64,000 nt of DNA from Octopus vulgaris (lineage: Eukaryota). Below, piece by piece: positions 14,241-27,789 of this stretch. The stretch spans positions 29,016,001 to 29,080,000 of the forward strand of contig OX597825.1 of NCBI GenBank assembly GCA_951406725.2. Reading direction: 5' to 3'. Within the stretch, counting starts at the first letter, position 1, and each line of letters opens with the position of its first letter. Position numbers and translations under genes: made by a program. The notes under the pieces are model-generated. The model saw only the letters and a list, made by a program, of their open reading frames with translations, was not told the DNA's origin and made no database searches.

Positions 14241-15689
14241 AAAATAATTTGTTTATATATATGTTTGTATTTTAATAGTTTGACTAGTTGGATTGGGTCC
14301 ATGATGGAACATTGAGTTTTAAGGTTTTAGGTGACCGTATTGACCTCGGTAATTTCTTTCGATCATGTACTCACCTTATCGGTCCTTGTTTATAGATTGG
14401 CTGTCTTATATTTCTGGTGTATAGGAGCGCGACTCCACTCACGAGGTATAGACACGTACACAACATATATGCAGAAGCACACACAGTGGGAGAGGAAAAG
14501 AGAGAAGAGCGAGAGAATGAGAGAGAGAGAGAGAGAGAGAAAGAAGTGGGGTGGATGGAGAATGACATAAGAAAGAGACAGAGGGGGTGGGAAAATGAAG
14601 AGATCGATAAAGGAATGAATTGGAAATCAGTAGGAGGAGATAATCGAAGTGTGTATGAATATATGACTAATATGAACAACACCATGAATATATTTGTAAT
14701 ATACCGCACACACATCTACACCTTCGGTGTGTGTATATATGTGTGTGTGCATGTGTGTGTGCGTGTATGTGTGTATGTGTATGTATGTATGTATTATGTA
14801 TGTATGTGTGAGCCTATATTGTGTACGTAATGGTAATGAAAATGACGCTGACTGGAATAAGTTCCTTGGCAAGCTTGTGGAAATGAGAGAACAGAGTATT
14901 AGTCGTAACGGTGGTGGTATGGGTGGTGGTGACGGTGGTGGTGGTAATGGTTGTGGATGTAGTAACAGTAGTGGTGGTAGCATGTGAATGTATATGGAGA
15001 AGCCCAATAACAATAGGAGCAACAGGAAAAACAAGAACATGTACAAGATTAAGAAAAACAACAAAAAAAAAAAAACACGTTTGATAACAGGAGAAACAAC
15101 CAAGATATCAATATTTGTAAGCAAAAAAAAAAAAAAAAATGGGTGGAGAATGTTTTCTATCAAACAAGAAAACTGTTGATAATAATTTTCTAGCTTTCTG
15201 AAGAGTAAATCTCCACACTTTAGCAATGTCAGTGAAGATCAAAGAATTAGAACGTGAGATTGGTGCGGTTAAATGGACCGGTTCCAAAACTCTATGGCTG
15301 TAGATTGGTTGCGGTAAGAACAGCAAAAAGGCAATTTGCTTTTGGTGTGTACCAAAGTAATCCGCAGATGTATAAGTGTGGTATCATGAATTATTCTGTG
15401 TGGCTTTTTCTTCTCCCAACGATATTTCTTCAAATCTTTGCTTATTATTGCTTTGTTGTGCTATGTTGTTATCGCTATTTATTCTTATATATTTGTTAAT
15501 GTGTCTTTATGAGTATTGTTGATCGCAGCCTTTTTTTCTTGTCACTCTATGTAAATCCTCTGGGTTTTTTTCATTTGTTTTCTGTTATACTTCGTCTTAC
15601 TATTATCCCTAAAGTCTTTGCCCCAAGCGACTAATAAAATTAATCATCATCATAATCGTCATCATCATCATAAATCCTAAGACCCTGGG

Positions 15690-16080
15690 GTATCAGACGA
15701 AATGCTTTGCGAATTGTCTTCCGTCCAACTTTTCGTTCTCAGTTCAAATTCAACCGAGATCAATTCCGCTTTTTATCCTTACAGGATCGATAAAATACAA
15801 TACCATTTAAGTTCTGAGGTAAACGGAATCAACTAATTAAGCCCTTCTGACCGAATTTTTTAGTTGGAAACTATTATTACTGTTTTGGTCGTAGAGCATA
15901 GGAACAAAAATGTTTTGCATTATGTTTTTCAGCCTTTTACGTTTTGAGTTCAAGTCCCGCCAAGTTCAGCTTTGCTTGTCATTCATCTGGAGACGATGAA
16001 ATAAAATGTCAGTCAAGTACGGATTTCAATATAATCGGAATAACCTCTTGCTCCCCAAATCCTTGGCCGTATGCCTAAAC
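15690..16080 (+). mobile_element. Two tandem degenerate SINE family C copies
   Basis: AGTTCAAAT B box and decayed GCCTTTCATCCTTTCGGGGTCGATAAA domain in each. Confidence 0.65.
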
Positions 16081-16483
16081 TACAAGCAGATATAGCCTGA
16101 GTTGTTTAGATCCCACTTACGGAGCTCGCACAGAAACACACACACACACACACACACGAATATGTATGTATCGTGATCACGTGATCGAATAATCTGTCGG
16201 ATGCTATTATATACATCGTTGTTCACAATACGCTTTGCGTCGCTTTAGCTTTCGGACGATACTGCTCCACTGGTGAGGTGTGCTGGCCAGTACATATATA
16301 CATCGCTATTTGTGTATCATAAAAAAAATAGGGTAAAAGTGTAAGGATAAAGACCTCCTTGGGTTATGATTGCACCCAGAAAGTTACTCTCCGAGGCACA
16401 AGTCTGGGCAAAGTCGTTTATGGAAGACCAGCAGTTGCTCATGCATACCTGCCTCCCCAACGATGTTATCCTAATTAATTGTA

Positions 16484-16846
16484 TTAATTGTATTTTGGCC
16501 AGAGTTCTTTCGTCACACTTCTGAGATCTCATCAGTGGTTCTTTGCTTTCTCCTTTTTCTTTTTTTGTGTGTCTCTCCTTACTAATGATCTGCCATTTTG
16601 TCATTCCGATTATATTGAAATCCGTACTTGACTGACATTTTATTTCATCGACTCCAGATGAATGACAAGCAAAGCTGAACTTGACGGGATTTGAAGTTAA
16701 AACGTAAAAGACGGAAAAACATATCGCAAAACAAAATTGCAGAGACACAAAAGGAGAGACACAAAAAAATAAAAAAGAAGAAAACAAAGGACCACTGATG
16801 AGGTCACAGAAGTGTGACGAAAGAACTCTGGCCGAAATGCAATTAA
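16484..16846. mobile_element. Inverted pair of Penelope-type terminal repeats (16484-16580 and 16751-16846), each with a hammerhead motif
   Basis: Arms are reverse complements; each has CTGATGAG-hairpin-GAAA. Confidence 0.7.
16789..16833 (+). ncRNA. Minimal type I hammerhead ribozyme-like motif
   Basis: cca-CTGATGA-g-gtcaca(gaag)tgtgac-GAAA-gaac-TC-tgg; inverted twin at 16496-16540. Confidence 0.7.
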
Positions 16847-16984
16847 TATAAGATAAAGCTGAAGCAAGTGAACACCAAATATGTAGTGCGTGTGTTATTA
16901 TTGGTTAAACTGGCAACATGACCATCCCTAAATACAACGATGCCTGTTTCAACACACGAAATCACATCAAGAATCTTGCAAAAC

Positions 16985-17041
<57 letters not shown>

Positions 17042-17159
17042 GAGAGAGAGAGAGAGAGAGAGGTCAGATAAGCGAGAGAAAGCGTGTTTATTCTATTCGT
17101 TTAGAGCCGTTCCATAATCACATTAGTTATATAATTGACCATTCACACGAATATATAAT

Positions 17160-17272
17160 TACATTAGTATTTAAGCAGTGTGTTACATATCCCAGGGTGC
17201 CAATAATTGCAGGTATAAACCTGAACTTGTAATCAGGATAGAATAACTGCAGATTTCTCTGTAGTTTAGCGT
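17160..17272 (-). pseudogene. RLE-type (R4/Dong-like) LINE C-terminal fragment abutting (TATG)n
   Basis: YAKLQRNLQLFYPDYKFRFIPAIIGTLGYV resembles the KY..L..E/IPxIxGALG motif of the 51719 ORF. Confidence 0.6.
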
Positions 17273-18441
17273 ATGTATGTATGTATGTATGTATGTATGT
17301 ATGTATGTATGTATGTATGTATGTATGTATGCATGTATGTATGTATGTATAGTGGATACAGGTATGATCCATCACGACCTGTGTTCCTATATGAGCTTCA
17401 TGCCCTTTTGTAGTTCAGACACGTGGACGTCCATACAACTTGATATATTAACCAAATTTTCCTCAAACCATATACTATTGTAGTAGTATGCTACCTCTTC
17501 ACCATCAAGTGCCTCTTTTATTTAAATAATGTTCCAACTGATCCCAGGTTAGTCAAATGTTCGTTTAAAGTTCGTTAATTCTGAACACAGTTCCTCTTTT
17601 ATATTTTTACGGGCCCCAGGATTTCGCGGGTTCTATGTAAAAACTAGCTGCGTTTGTGTATATTACGTGAAAAACAAAAATTGATAAATTTGATTCAAGT
17701 TACATTATTCCTGAAACAAAGCAAAGAAAAGAAAGGTAGAGAAAAATATAATCTGATGGGTTAGTCACGGTAGGAATCCCGCTAATCATAGGACTGCTCC
17801 ATCAGAGCCGACTTGGGGTTAAAACAACAACAACAACAACAACAATAACAACAACAACAGCTACAAGAATAACAATAGTCGGTTTCAGCTACTATGTTTG
17901 TGTCTGTTGTATTATGCTGTGTTGTGTTGAATTTATGAAGAATTTGATGATAGTTATATCGCAAGAATATCACAAATTCAAAGAATTCTATGCCAACTAA
18001 TCTTTGCTTCCATACTTCCATAAATTCATATTAAACCAATTCCTTTCTTTTCTCTCTCTCTCGTCCGCAAGACAGGGAATACATGTTGTGTGTGTGAGAG
18101 ATCAAAAGGAATTGGAAGTAATAGTAGAAACAGGAGGAGGAGGTTGCAGAGAAGAGAAGATAAAGAAAATGATATACAAGAGCAATGGTAAAGAAGATGG
18201 TGGACGACGAAGGGGAGGTGGAGGAGGTGGAGGAGGAGGAGGTGCATTATTCCAGTCATATGTTTAGAAGTAAGCATTGTTAGCAGCAGCGTTACGTCAG
18301 CGAAAACTTTATCTCTGGATTCGCTTATTCTATATTTCTAACAATATTATCGATCACTTATTACAAATAGAATTTCTAGAAGTATTTGGGATCTTGTGGT
18401 CAATAAAAGAAATTCTTCTTCTTCTTCTTCTTCTTCTTCTT

Positions 18442-18472
<31 letters not shown>

Positions 18473-18511
18473 TTATTATTATTATTATTATTCTTCTTAT
18501 TATTATTATTA

Positions 18512-18547
<36 letters not shown>

Positions 18548-18565
18548 TTACTACTACTACTACTT

Positions 18566-18872
18566 AGGCGATGAGATGTTAGAATCGTTAGCAGGTCGGG
18601 AAAAATTCTTAGTGGTATTTCTTCTGCCGCTACGTTCTGAGTTCAAATTCCGCCGAGGTCGACTTTGCATTTCATCCTTTCGGGGTCGATGAAATAAGTA
18701 CCAGTTACGCACTGGGGTCGATATAATCGACTTAATCTGTTTGTCTGTCCTTGTTTGTCCGCTCTGTCCTACCTTGTGGGTAGTAAAGAAAGAAGTATTT
18801 CTTCTTGCTTTATGTCCTGAGTTCAAATTCCGGCGATGTCGAAATTGCAGGCCTTGAACCAAAAGTTGAAAT
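18566..18872 (+). mobile_element. SINE family C composite (long-tail copy followed by remainder of an older copy)
   Basis: AGGCGATGAG..GAATCGTTAGC head, TTTCATCCTTTCGGGGTCGAT domain, tail GTGGGTAGTAAAGAAA, then body restarts. Confidence 0.85.
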
Positions 18873-19084
18873 CATTTTATTAATGTTGTTATTGTGGCTG
18901 AAGATTAGGTTTTTGGATCCGCCTAAGACAGATTGCTGGCAATAAAAATAAAGCTAATAAATCACTAACACCACCACGACCGCCACCAACTCCATCATAC
19001 CCCGCATACTTTTTTAAATCTAACAACATCCTTTTTACATATTTGCGAAATATTTTTTGATTTATCTTTTATCTATATGCGTTA

Positions 19085-19131
<47 letters not shown>

Positions 19132-20165
19132 CGTGCTCGCGAGTGTGCGTATATGCTAAATATTTATACTATAGTAAATCTGTAGGCATTATAAAACCGA
19201 AGGAATTTTCAGATGAAACCATAACATTCAAGTCATTTACTAAATAAATGAGCCCAAACTCCAGATAATTCCCAAACGAAGAGATAAACTTGAAAATGCA
19301 TTTAGAATACTTAATGAATGGTGTTAATTATTTCTAGAAAATTCTCAACATACAGAATGTCGTGTCCTTAGAAAGAACTGAAGTTTCACATTTATATAAT
19401 TGACATGAACCAAATTTACATAGTTTTAGATATTCTGAATTTCAATAAAAACATTATTATTGGTTGTTTCTCATGTCTGGGTGTTAATAATGTATGACAG
19501 CAATAGCTTTTCCTTTTGGGGGATTATATCGTCGGTTAAATCGTAACTTCTGCTTATTTTTGCGATACCGGAAAGTTGACAAATGAAGTCCATCACAACT
19601 TTCAAAACCCCAATTCGCTAAAATTAGTACGAGCTTATGATTGAGGTAGATTCGATGAATGTTGTTTTCTGTTCAAAACAAATCAAAGTTGTTTTTTTTA
19701 TCTGGGGAACAGCAGCAAATACAGTATTACTGCCTTTCATCTGTCACAGTTTGATAAATTAGAGTAACAATCAAATAATTCAATTGATTTAATCTGTTTT
19801 TTTTTTCCTCTCAGAGAAGAGGTTTCAGGCTCCTCAGCTCTTCTGGTGGGTTCAGCAAGGCGAGAAAAAGCAGGAAACATTGCCAGATACAATATAATTA
19901 AGATGGTTTAAAATGGCTTAAACTTGTCCAACACTGCGGCGAAGAAAATCAAAACAATTATATATAAGAAAGAACAAGTATAAAACTGTATTTTGTCTTC
20001 TCAGTGATAAAGAGGGGTGATCAAAATATTTTACTTGTATTTTATGGTGGTGGGGTGGGGTAGGGTTAGGATTGGTATTTGTCCGTCTTTGAACCTCCGA
20101 TTTAAGTTACTGATCTCTAAAATATATGTCTCTCTAAATATATCAGAAATCATTACGCTTATTCT

Positions 20166-21010
20166 AAGGCGGTGACCTGGCAGAATAGTTAGGGCGTCAG
20201 GCAAAATGCTTAGCAGCATTTCGTTCAGCTCATTACAGTTGAGTTCAAATATCGTCGAATTCGTCTTTGTTTTACATCTTTTCGGGGTCGGTAAGAGAAA
20301 TACTAGTTGAGCAGTGGGGGGGTGGTGATATAATCGACTTACCCCCACCCTTAAAATTGCTGGCCTAGAGCGAAAGCTTGAAAGAATTACGTAAGCCCAA
20401 GGTGGTTAAGTCGTTAGTGTCAGAGAAAGGCGGCGAGCTAGCAGAATCGTTAGCACGCTGGGCGAAATGCTTAGAGTATTTCGATCGTCGCTACGTTCTG
20501 AGTTCCAATTCCGTCGAGGTCGACTTTGCCTTTCATCCTTTCGGGGTCGATTAAATAAGTACCAGTTACGCACTGGGGTCGATATAATCGACTTAATCTG
20601 TTTGTTTGTTCTTGTTTGTCCTCTCTGTGTTTAGCCCCTTGTGGGTAGTAAAGAAATAGGTATTTCGCCCGCCGCTACGTTCTGAGTTCAAATTCTGCCG
20701 GGGTCGACTTTGCCTTTCATCCTTTCGGGGTCAATAAATTAAGTACCAGTTGATTACTGGGGTCGACTTAATCGACTATCCCCTTAGCCCAAATATCAGG
20801 CCTATAGTAGAAAGAATCGTGAGAGTCACAGAAAATAATTTGCGATATTCTTTCTCTGAATCTTTACATTTTGAGTTCGAATCCAGCTGAGACTAACCTT
20901 ACTTCTCATTTTCTCGAGGTTGATAAAATAAAGTACTTCTCAATGACTGGGTTTGATGGTATCGATTAACCCCAACACCCCAAAATCGCTGGCCTTGTAC
21001 CAAAATTAGA
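20166..21010 (+). mobile_element. Cluster of nested SINE family C copies (20166-20390; 20428-20818 composite inserted in an older copy)
   Basis: Repeated head AAGGCGGCGAGCTAGCAGAATCGTTAGC and central domain; degenerate TSD GTTAGTGTCAGAGAAA / GTGAGAGTCACAGAAA. Confidence 0.85.
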
Positions 21011-21021
21011 AAAATAAGCAT

Positions 21022-21238
21022 CGATTTCAAATTTTAGCACAAGGCCAGTAATGTCAGGGAAGCGGGTAAGTCGATTATATCGACACCAGTACACAACTGG
21101 TACTTATCTTATCGACCCTGAAAGGAATGAAAGGTAAAGTCGACACCGGAAGGATTTGTACTCAAAACGTAAAGACGGACAAAATGCGGGTAAGCATTTT
21201 GTTCGGCGCGCTAACGATTCTGCTAGCTCACCGCCTTA
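21022..21238 (-). mobile_element. SINE family C, inverted relative to its neighbours
   Basis: Reverse complement of the head (GCTAACGATTCTGCTAGCTCACCGCCTT) and central domain. Confidence 0.85.
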
Positions 21239-22006
21239 AAAAGAATATATATCAATAACAATAGCATCAATATTATCGAACCAAAGAGGATAAACCATGT
21301 GCGATGGATCGCTGTGTTAGAATTAAGAGCTAAATCTTCTTCAAATCTTACCCTGTCGTCTTAAAAGGAGAAGACATTAGATAATATAGTCCCAGTTACA
21401 CTATGTCTTAAAGATTATAGTATCGAATGCTTTTAATCATAGATAGGTCGTCTGAATTGAAGCTGACCATAGAGCTAATGTCACAACAACGACACCATCA
21501 TGAAAACCGACAGCAACAACAACAACAGTAACAACAACTATACGAACGTTACTAAAATCAGTACCAGTAACAGCACGATCACCACCACAACCTCCCCTGT
21601 TGACTTGAAAGCAAACACCAAGATTTGAAGTTGATTAAGAAAGGCGAGCTTAGGATATTCCATTGCGAAAATTAACGGAAGAACAAGAAGAACGAGAAAT
21701 GGAGGAGGTGGAGGAGGAGGAAAGAAAGATGGCGTTCAGTGTGAATTATGGCTTTGCAGCATGAAAACCTTTTAGTGCAAGGGACACACTGTGAGATATT
21801 ACTAATGTAACAGTATTTTCTAGATTTTTCTAGATGACGAAAACAAAGATAAATAAAGAAAATTGTGGTGCCATTTGGCCAAAGAGATATTCTGATGGAA
21901 TTTTTAACAGTTCGAACAGCCCAGCTTTTATATAGCAACAAAATCGAAGTCTTTTACACATTTACTCCCATTTTGTCTCTCATTTTCTCTCTTCTCATGG
22001 GCTCTT

Positions 22007-22039
<33 letters not shown>

Positions 22040-22157
22040 TTCCATCTTATAGATTTCTCTTTCATTCTGCCCTCTTTTTCTCTTCCTTCCGCTCTTCTAA
22101 TCTTGTTTTTATTCTGCCTTCTCTTTTCCCTCTTCTTTCTTTCTTCATTTCTTTCTC

Positions 22158-22212
<55 letters not shown>

Positions 22213-22213
22213 C

Positions 22214-22244
<31 letters not shown>

Positions 22245-22291
22245 CAATACATACATTCTTACGTACTCGTACACACACGCGAGCACACACA

Positions 22292-22336
<45 letters not shown>

Positions 22337-23147
22337 TAGTGTGTGCTTGTGTGTGTTTGTGTGTATATGCGTGCATCTACAAACAGATGTACACATGCGC
22401 ACAAATACACATCCATGCATACACACGTATACACACAAAAACACACAGATCTACGTAAATAGCTTTCCTGTTTATCCGTATCAACATTTAGTATTCGTTA
22501 CTTAATTTCATTGTTGTTTTCGCGAATACCCCGCCAAAAGCCACTAATGCCCGAGAGAGAAAAAAAGAGACAGACTAATAGTTCTCGACCCTCCACTACC
22601 ACCACCAAAACCAACATCTAAACACCGATACGCTCAGAGAAATAGGTTACTATAGTGTCGTCACCATAGTTTGAATGCAAACTAGATTAGCAAACTTTGA
22701 GAAAAATAAGGTAATGTAGTTAAGTGAGTCCATTGAGTAAAGTTATGTTGTTGATGGTAACGGTGGTGATGGTGGTGATATTGGTGGTGGTGGTGTGTTC
22801 CACTCCCTCAGGCGAGTTCACTCTACTTACTTCAGCGACATCTACTGGTCGAGAGACATCTATCTACAATCAAGCGAACTGAGTTATTTTAGATTATAAT
22901 TATTTTTGACGATGGATAAAACGAACTGGTCATGAATAACGTGATGCGAAAATTTGCCTTTATACCCTATACGCCTCGGTAGAATTCTTTCAATAGAAGG
23001 CTGCAAGGTATTGTGTTTAGTAAAAGAAACCAGTATTCACTCAGATGGACAAAGCTAATTTGCATTAAAGATATTTTTGTCTAAGGATGTATCTAACAGC
23101 TCGTGAAAGATGCGATTCAAAAGTTTGTTTCTTATACTCCATTTAAT

Positions 23148-23418
23148 CGGCACTCCGTCGGTTACAACGACGTGTTCCATTTGATCCTATCAACGGAACA
23201 ACTTGCTCGTGAAATTAACGTGAAAGTGGTTGGATACTCCACAGACATGCGTACCCTAAACGTGACAAGGCTGGCCCCTTTTGAATTGCAGGTATAGCTA
23301 ATTTTTGCCAGCTGAGTAGACTGGAGCAATGAGAGAAAAATAAAGTGTTGATATCGAACTCGCGGCTTTACGATTGTGAGCCGAACACCCTAACCACAAA
23401 CCCAAAAACCTTCACGCT
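23148..23418 (-). mobile_element. tRNA-derived SINE related to family A, alternative tail
   Basis: Tail GGCACTCCGTCGGTTAC.. shared with 27790 and 57240; tRNA-like head near 23350-23415. Confidence 0.7.
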
Positions 23419-24331
23419 AAATGGTAATTAGCCTGGAAAGCTTCTTCCAATGGAGACCAGCCCTGTCTTGTACTTATATCTAGCTACTGACAAGAATACA
23501 CAGCTATTTCACAACTGATTCGTTTTGATGATGGGTGAAATGAACTGAAAACAAAATAATTGTCTATTTACCTCTCGTTAATCTTTACCAAAAGGGGTCT
23601 TCATAATCATGCAATTAATAGCTGTTATATATACAGAGCTGATCCACTTCAGATTAAAATTTTCATTTGAGTGTGGACAAATACTTATCGCCGTTTACTC
23701 AAACAAACTTTCCGCTATTTCTATATCAAGACTAATTCATATTATTCGTTTTACTAATTTACAAATGCTTCCACCCGACCCTCCCCGCCTACTTTGGGCC
23801 CACAGTCTGAAATTTTTGAAGCAGAAAAGGGGCTGATTTTATCGACTACAATAGGGTGTAAAGAGAAGTCGACTTCGGCGGTATTTGAACCCAGTACGTA
23901 ATGCCAGAAAGAAAGGCGGTTAAGTAGTTTGTTCGGCGTCCTAACGATTATACCAATTCACTGATTATACCAGTTCACTGTTACTTAAAAACTGTTTTAC
24001 AGCTAAATAAACAGAATTACAAGCATTCAGAAAATATAAGATTGTTGACATGATACGAACAGGCAATTCTTCAATCAACGATCCAACATTCTACCGAATT
24101 TAGTCTACGAAAACATACGCATTAAAATTTTGTTCGCTTTACTCTGCATCATCATTTCATATTTTATTTTGTTTTATAATATTTAAACTTTAAATTGAGG
24201 TTGTTCTTCTGGAAATGTCATTAAAAAAATAATTTTCTTTTAATGCGAAATGAAATATGAATGCAATCCGCAGGCAAGCACAATTAATTGCACCTCCATC
24301 TTGAGATACAACAGCTATACAGCGTAGTTAC

Positions 24332-24405
<74 letters not shown>

Positions 24406-24413
24406 CATATATA

Positions 24414-24470
<57 letters not shown>

Positions 24471-24685
24471 ATATATATATATATGGTGGTTGAGGGTACA
24501 ATACATTTATATCTGTTCATATTCTATGGCAGAATAAATTTAATTAGAAACATATTAGAATTCATTTTAGTTTCTTATATTAACTTCCATTTTCTCAAAC
24601 GATTAGAGAATAAAATGTAGTAAAACAGTAACCATCATGTATAACATACAGATACACGCATTCATATATGTATGTGTGCATGTAA

Positions 24686-24741
<56 letters not shown>

Positions 24742-24889
24742 TTATGCGTATGTGTATGCGTGTGTGTGTATGTGCGTAAATACATACGTAACATTTATAT
24801 GTATACATGTTTGTGTGTATAGATATGTGTGTGTGTTTATTTATATATAATATCTGGGCATACAAATACATGCATATAAGATTCACCGT

Positions 24890-25073
<184 letters not shown>

Positions 25074-25529
25074 CATATACAGAGGAATAATTGAGTTACC
25101 CTCTACACTTCTATACGAAGCACCATTTTACACGATTCACATTAAAGGATAATCCACCACAGGTACCTTTCGAATGTCAGCGCAATAATTTTAACGGAAC
25201 ACCCCTCAAGCAATCCAAATTACCTATGAGCGCGTTAATTATACAGCACTCCCTCTGCTCATTACCTACAGTACGCATGTAATTAGACAGGAAATATGTG
25301 AACTGCACTTTTATAACTGGTTGCAGTGCGTAGGTAACATTGTGCTGCTAGCGTTAGGTAAAAGGGGTCCTGAATAATTAATGCGCCTATATTTCGTTCG
25401 GTTTACTCGAGTTTGTAAGTAGAAATTCTCGTTCTGATTTGCACTGGATACATATGATGATATATCTGTTGATAAATTGTATGATTCATGTACGACATTG
25501 ACTAGTATATTATATGTACTCACTGTTTT

Positions 25530-25716
25530 GTATGTAGATCGTTAGCCACTACACATTCTTTATTTTCTCTCCTTGCTTCTTTCTGTGTTCCTTTCTGTGG
25601 AAGAGCGTAAACTCGAAATGTTAAAGACTTTTTTCATTTCCCGAGTGTTATACTAATACATCTGTTTGTTGTCAACACCACCTGGTTTCGTCCTTTGTTT
25701 TTTTTCTGTGAATTAT

Positions 25717-25778
<62 letters not shown>

Positions 25779-25790
25779 GAGAATTCACAC
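25530..25790 (+). mobile_element. Penelope-type terminal-repeat remnant with short inverted end across (TA)n
   Basis: Hammerhead-like cttt-CTGTGGA-a-gag(cgtaaa)ctc-GAAA-tg-TT-aaag at 25591-25626; GTGAATTATCCCT..(TA)n..AGGGAGAATTCAC inverted termini. Confidence 0.6.
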
Positions 25791-25817
25791 ACACATATAT
25801 ATATATATACACACACA

Positions 25818-26062
25818 TCATCATTATAATCATTGTTCGACCGTGGTCGAGACAATGGAATTTACCATGCTACGCCAGACTTCACGGTCCATCATAGCAT
25901 TACGGAGGTCCTGTTGCTGGATGCCTGTATCCCTGGAGATTACATCAGGGTAGGAGAGTGTGCGCCCTCTGGTATTGCGAGTAGATGGCTTCCAGAGGAG
26001 AAGAGTAGAAATTACTTCTTTTTCAGCTCTAGAACAATGTCCAACAAACTGGACTCTCCTAC
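25818..26062 (-). pseudogene. RTE-clade LINE 3' end, 5' truncated
   Basis: RRVQFVGHCSR..LLLWKP...GR.LSYPD.ISRDTG....L..AMMDREVWR then stop and (TGA)n-like tail. Confidence 0.85.
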
Positions 26063-26687
26063 CTATATATACACACACACACACACGAAAGTAGAAAACA
26101 TAGGAAAATTAAAGTGATTTCATTGCAACATCATGAACTACTTAAACTTACACGTGTTCCACTAGCAAACAATGGTACATTATGTGATAATCATTGCGTA
26201 AATGATTGCATAGCAGAGTTGAACCACCAGCTTTTCAGAGGAATATCGTTATTCGATTCGACGCTATATACCAGCATAAGTTGATTGTCAGGGCTAGGAT
26301 ACATCTGTGTATAATAATAATAATATAAAGCGAAAATTCTTTTTATAACAATTAAGAAAAGGAAGGGCTAGTATTTTCATATTTTCTGTGAAATGAAGAG
26401 GAAAAGATAAAAAGGGGAATAATGTAGTCAGCATGTCTAAGAAGAACAGAAGATCAACTATCCAGACTGTCATAGTTCAAAGAAAATTCAAAGTTAACCA
26501 TGATAAATGGCTTTGAAGGCAGTCATGGTAAGAGTGGCCAGCATATTAGTAAAAGGCGGTCGTAAACACACGCGCACATACACGCGTGCTTATACGCACA
26601 CACACGCATGCTTACACGCACACACACATGCATACACTTAGATACAGATATTTGTAAATTATGCATGGGCTTGTTTGTAGCCACGTG

Positions 26688-26815
<128 letters not shown>

Positions 26816-27249
26816 GCTTCAGCAGCCGAGTTCACATTCCTTCTACCAAGAACTTCATACGTTAGAATTACTTTCAGCAACAATATGAAATTATAAATTT
26901 ATGTTGACTGTTTCCTTAGTCTGTAAGGTTAAAATTTAACCTTCTTGATGTAAGAGCCAACAACTCTGATTCCTAACCCTGAATCATGCAGTGCTTGAGA
27001 AATGAATGACGCAAAGCATCGTATCACAGGCGTATATCACTACGGGGTGTTTAAAGAACGGTACTATTAATCTGAATAAACCTACGACCCGTTCCTTTTG
27101 TCGGAATCTGTCTCAGTTCTGTTCACAGCAGCAGGGTCACCTCTGCACTTTATGTTTACGTAAAATCTTGAGCGAGATGAAATATCTCGTTCACTTGCAT
27201 GCTCCAAATGATCCACTTAAACTACCCACGATAATTGATGTCCACAGGC

Positions 27250-27392
27250 ATGGACATGGCTATGTTGTTAAGAAACTTGCTCTGCAACCACATGGTTTCG
27301 GGTTCAATCTCACGGCGCATTTCGTTGGAGTAGTGCTTTCTACTATAGTTTCCGGTCCAATTTGGTAGGCGGAAATTCTGAGCGCTCGTCAT
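27250..27392 (+). mobile_element. SINE family B 5' part, diverged
   Basis: CAACCACATGGTTTCGGGTTCAATC..TTTCTACTATAG. Confidence 0.65.
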
Positions 27393-27789
27393 ATACATAC
27401 ATACATACATTCATACATACATACATACATACATACATACATACATACATACATACATACATACATACATACATACATACATACATACTCGCATGCACGC
27501 ACACATTTTCTCACGAAACAGAGCAATGGATCTCCAACCTGTTTTTAGCAAAGAATTCGAGCGAGGAATTTGATACACTATACATTTGTTCATCTCACCT
27601 TCGCAGTAATAAAGTGTACCATTTTAACGGTAGCTAAATAAACTCGCTACTAAGTATAAACGATGGTAAAAAGCAACAAAAATATCACATGCGAGGATTG
27701 GATTATAAGATGACTAAGACACTGCATGTGGTTAAATTCGAACTGTTTAATCCATCGTATGATAAGCCGATATCCTATCTATTGAAAAC

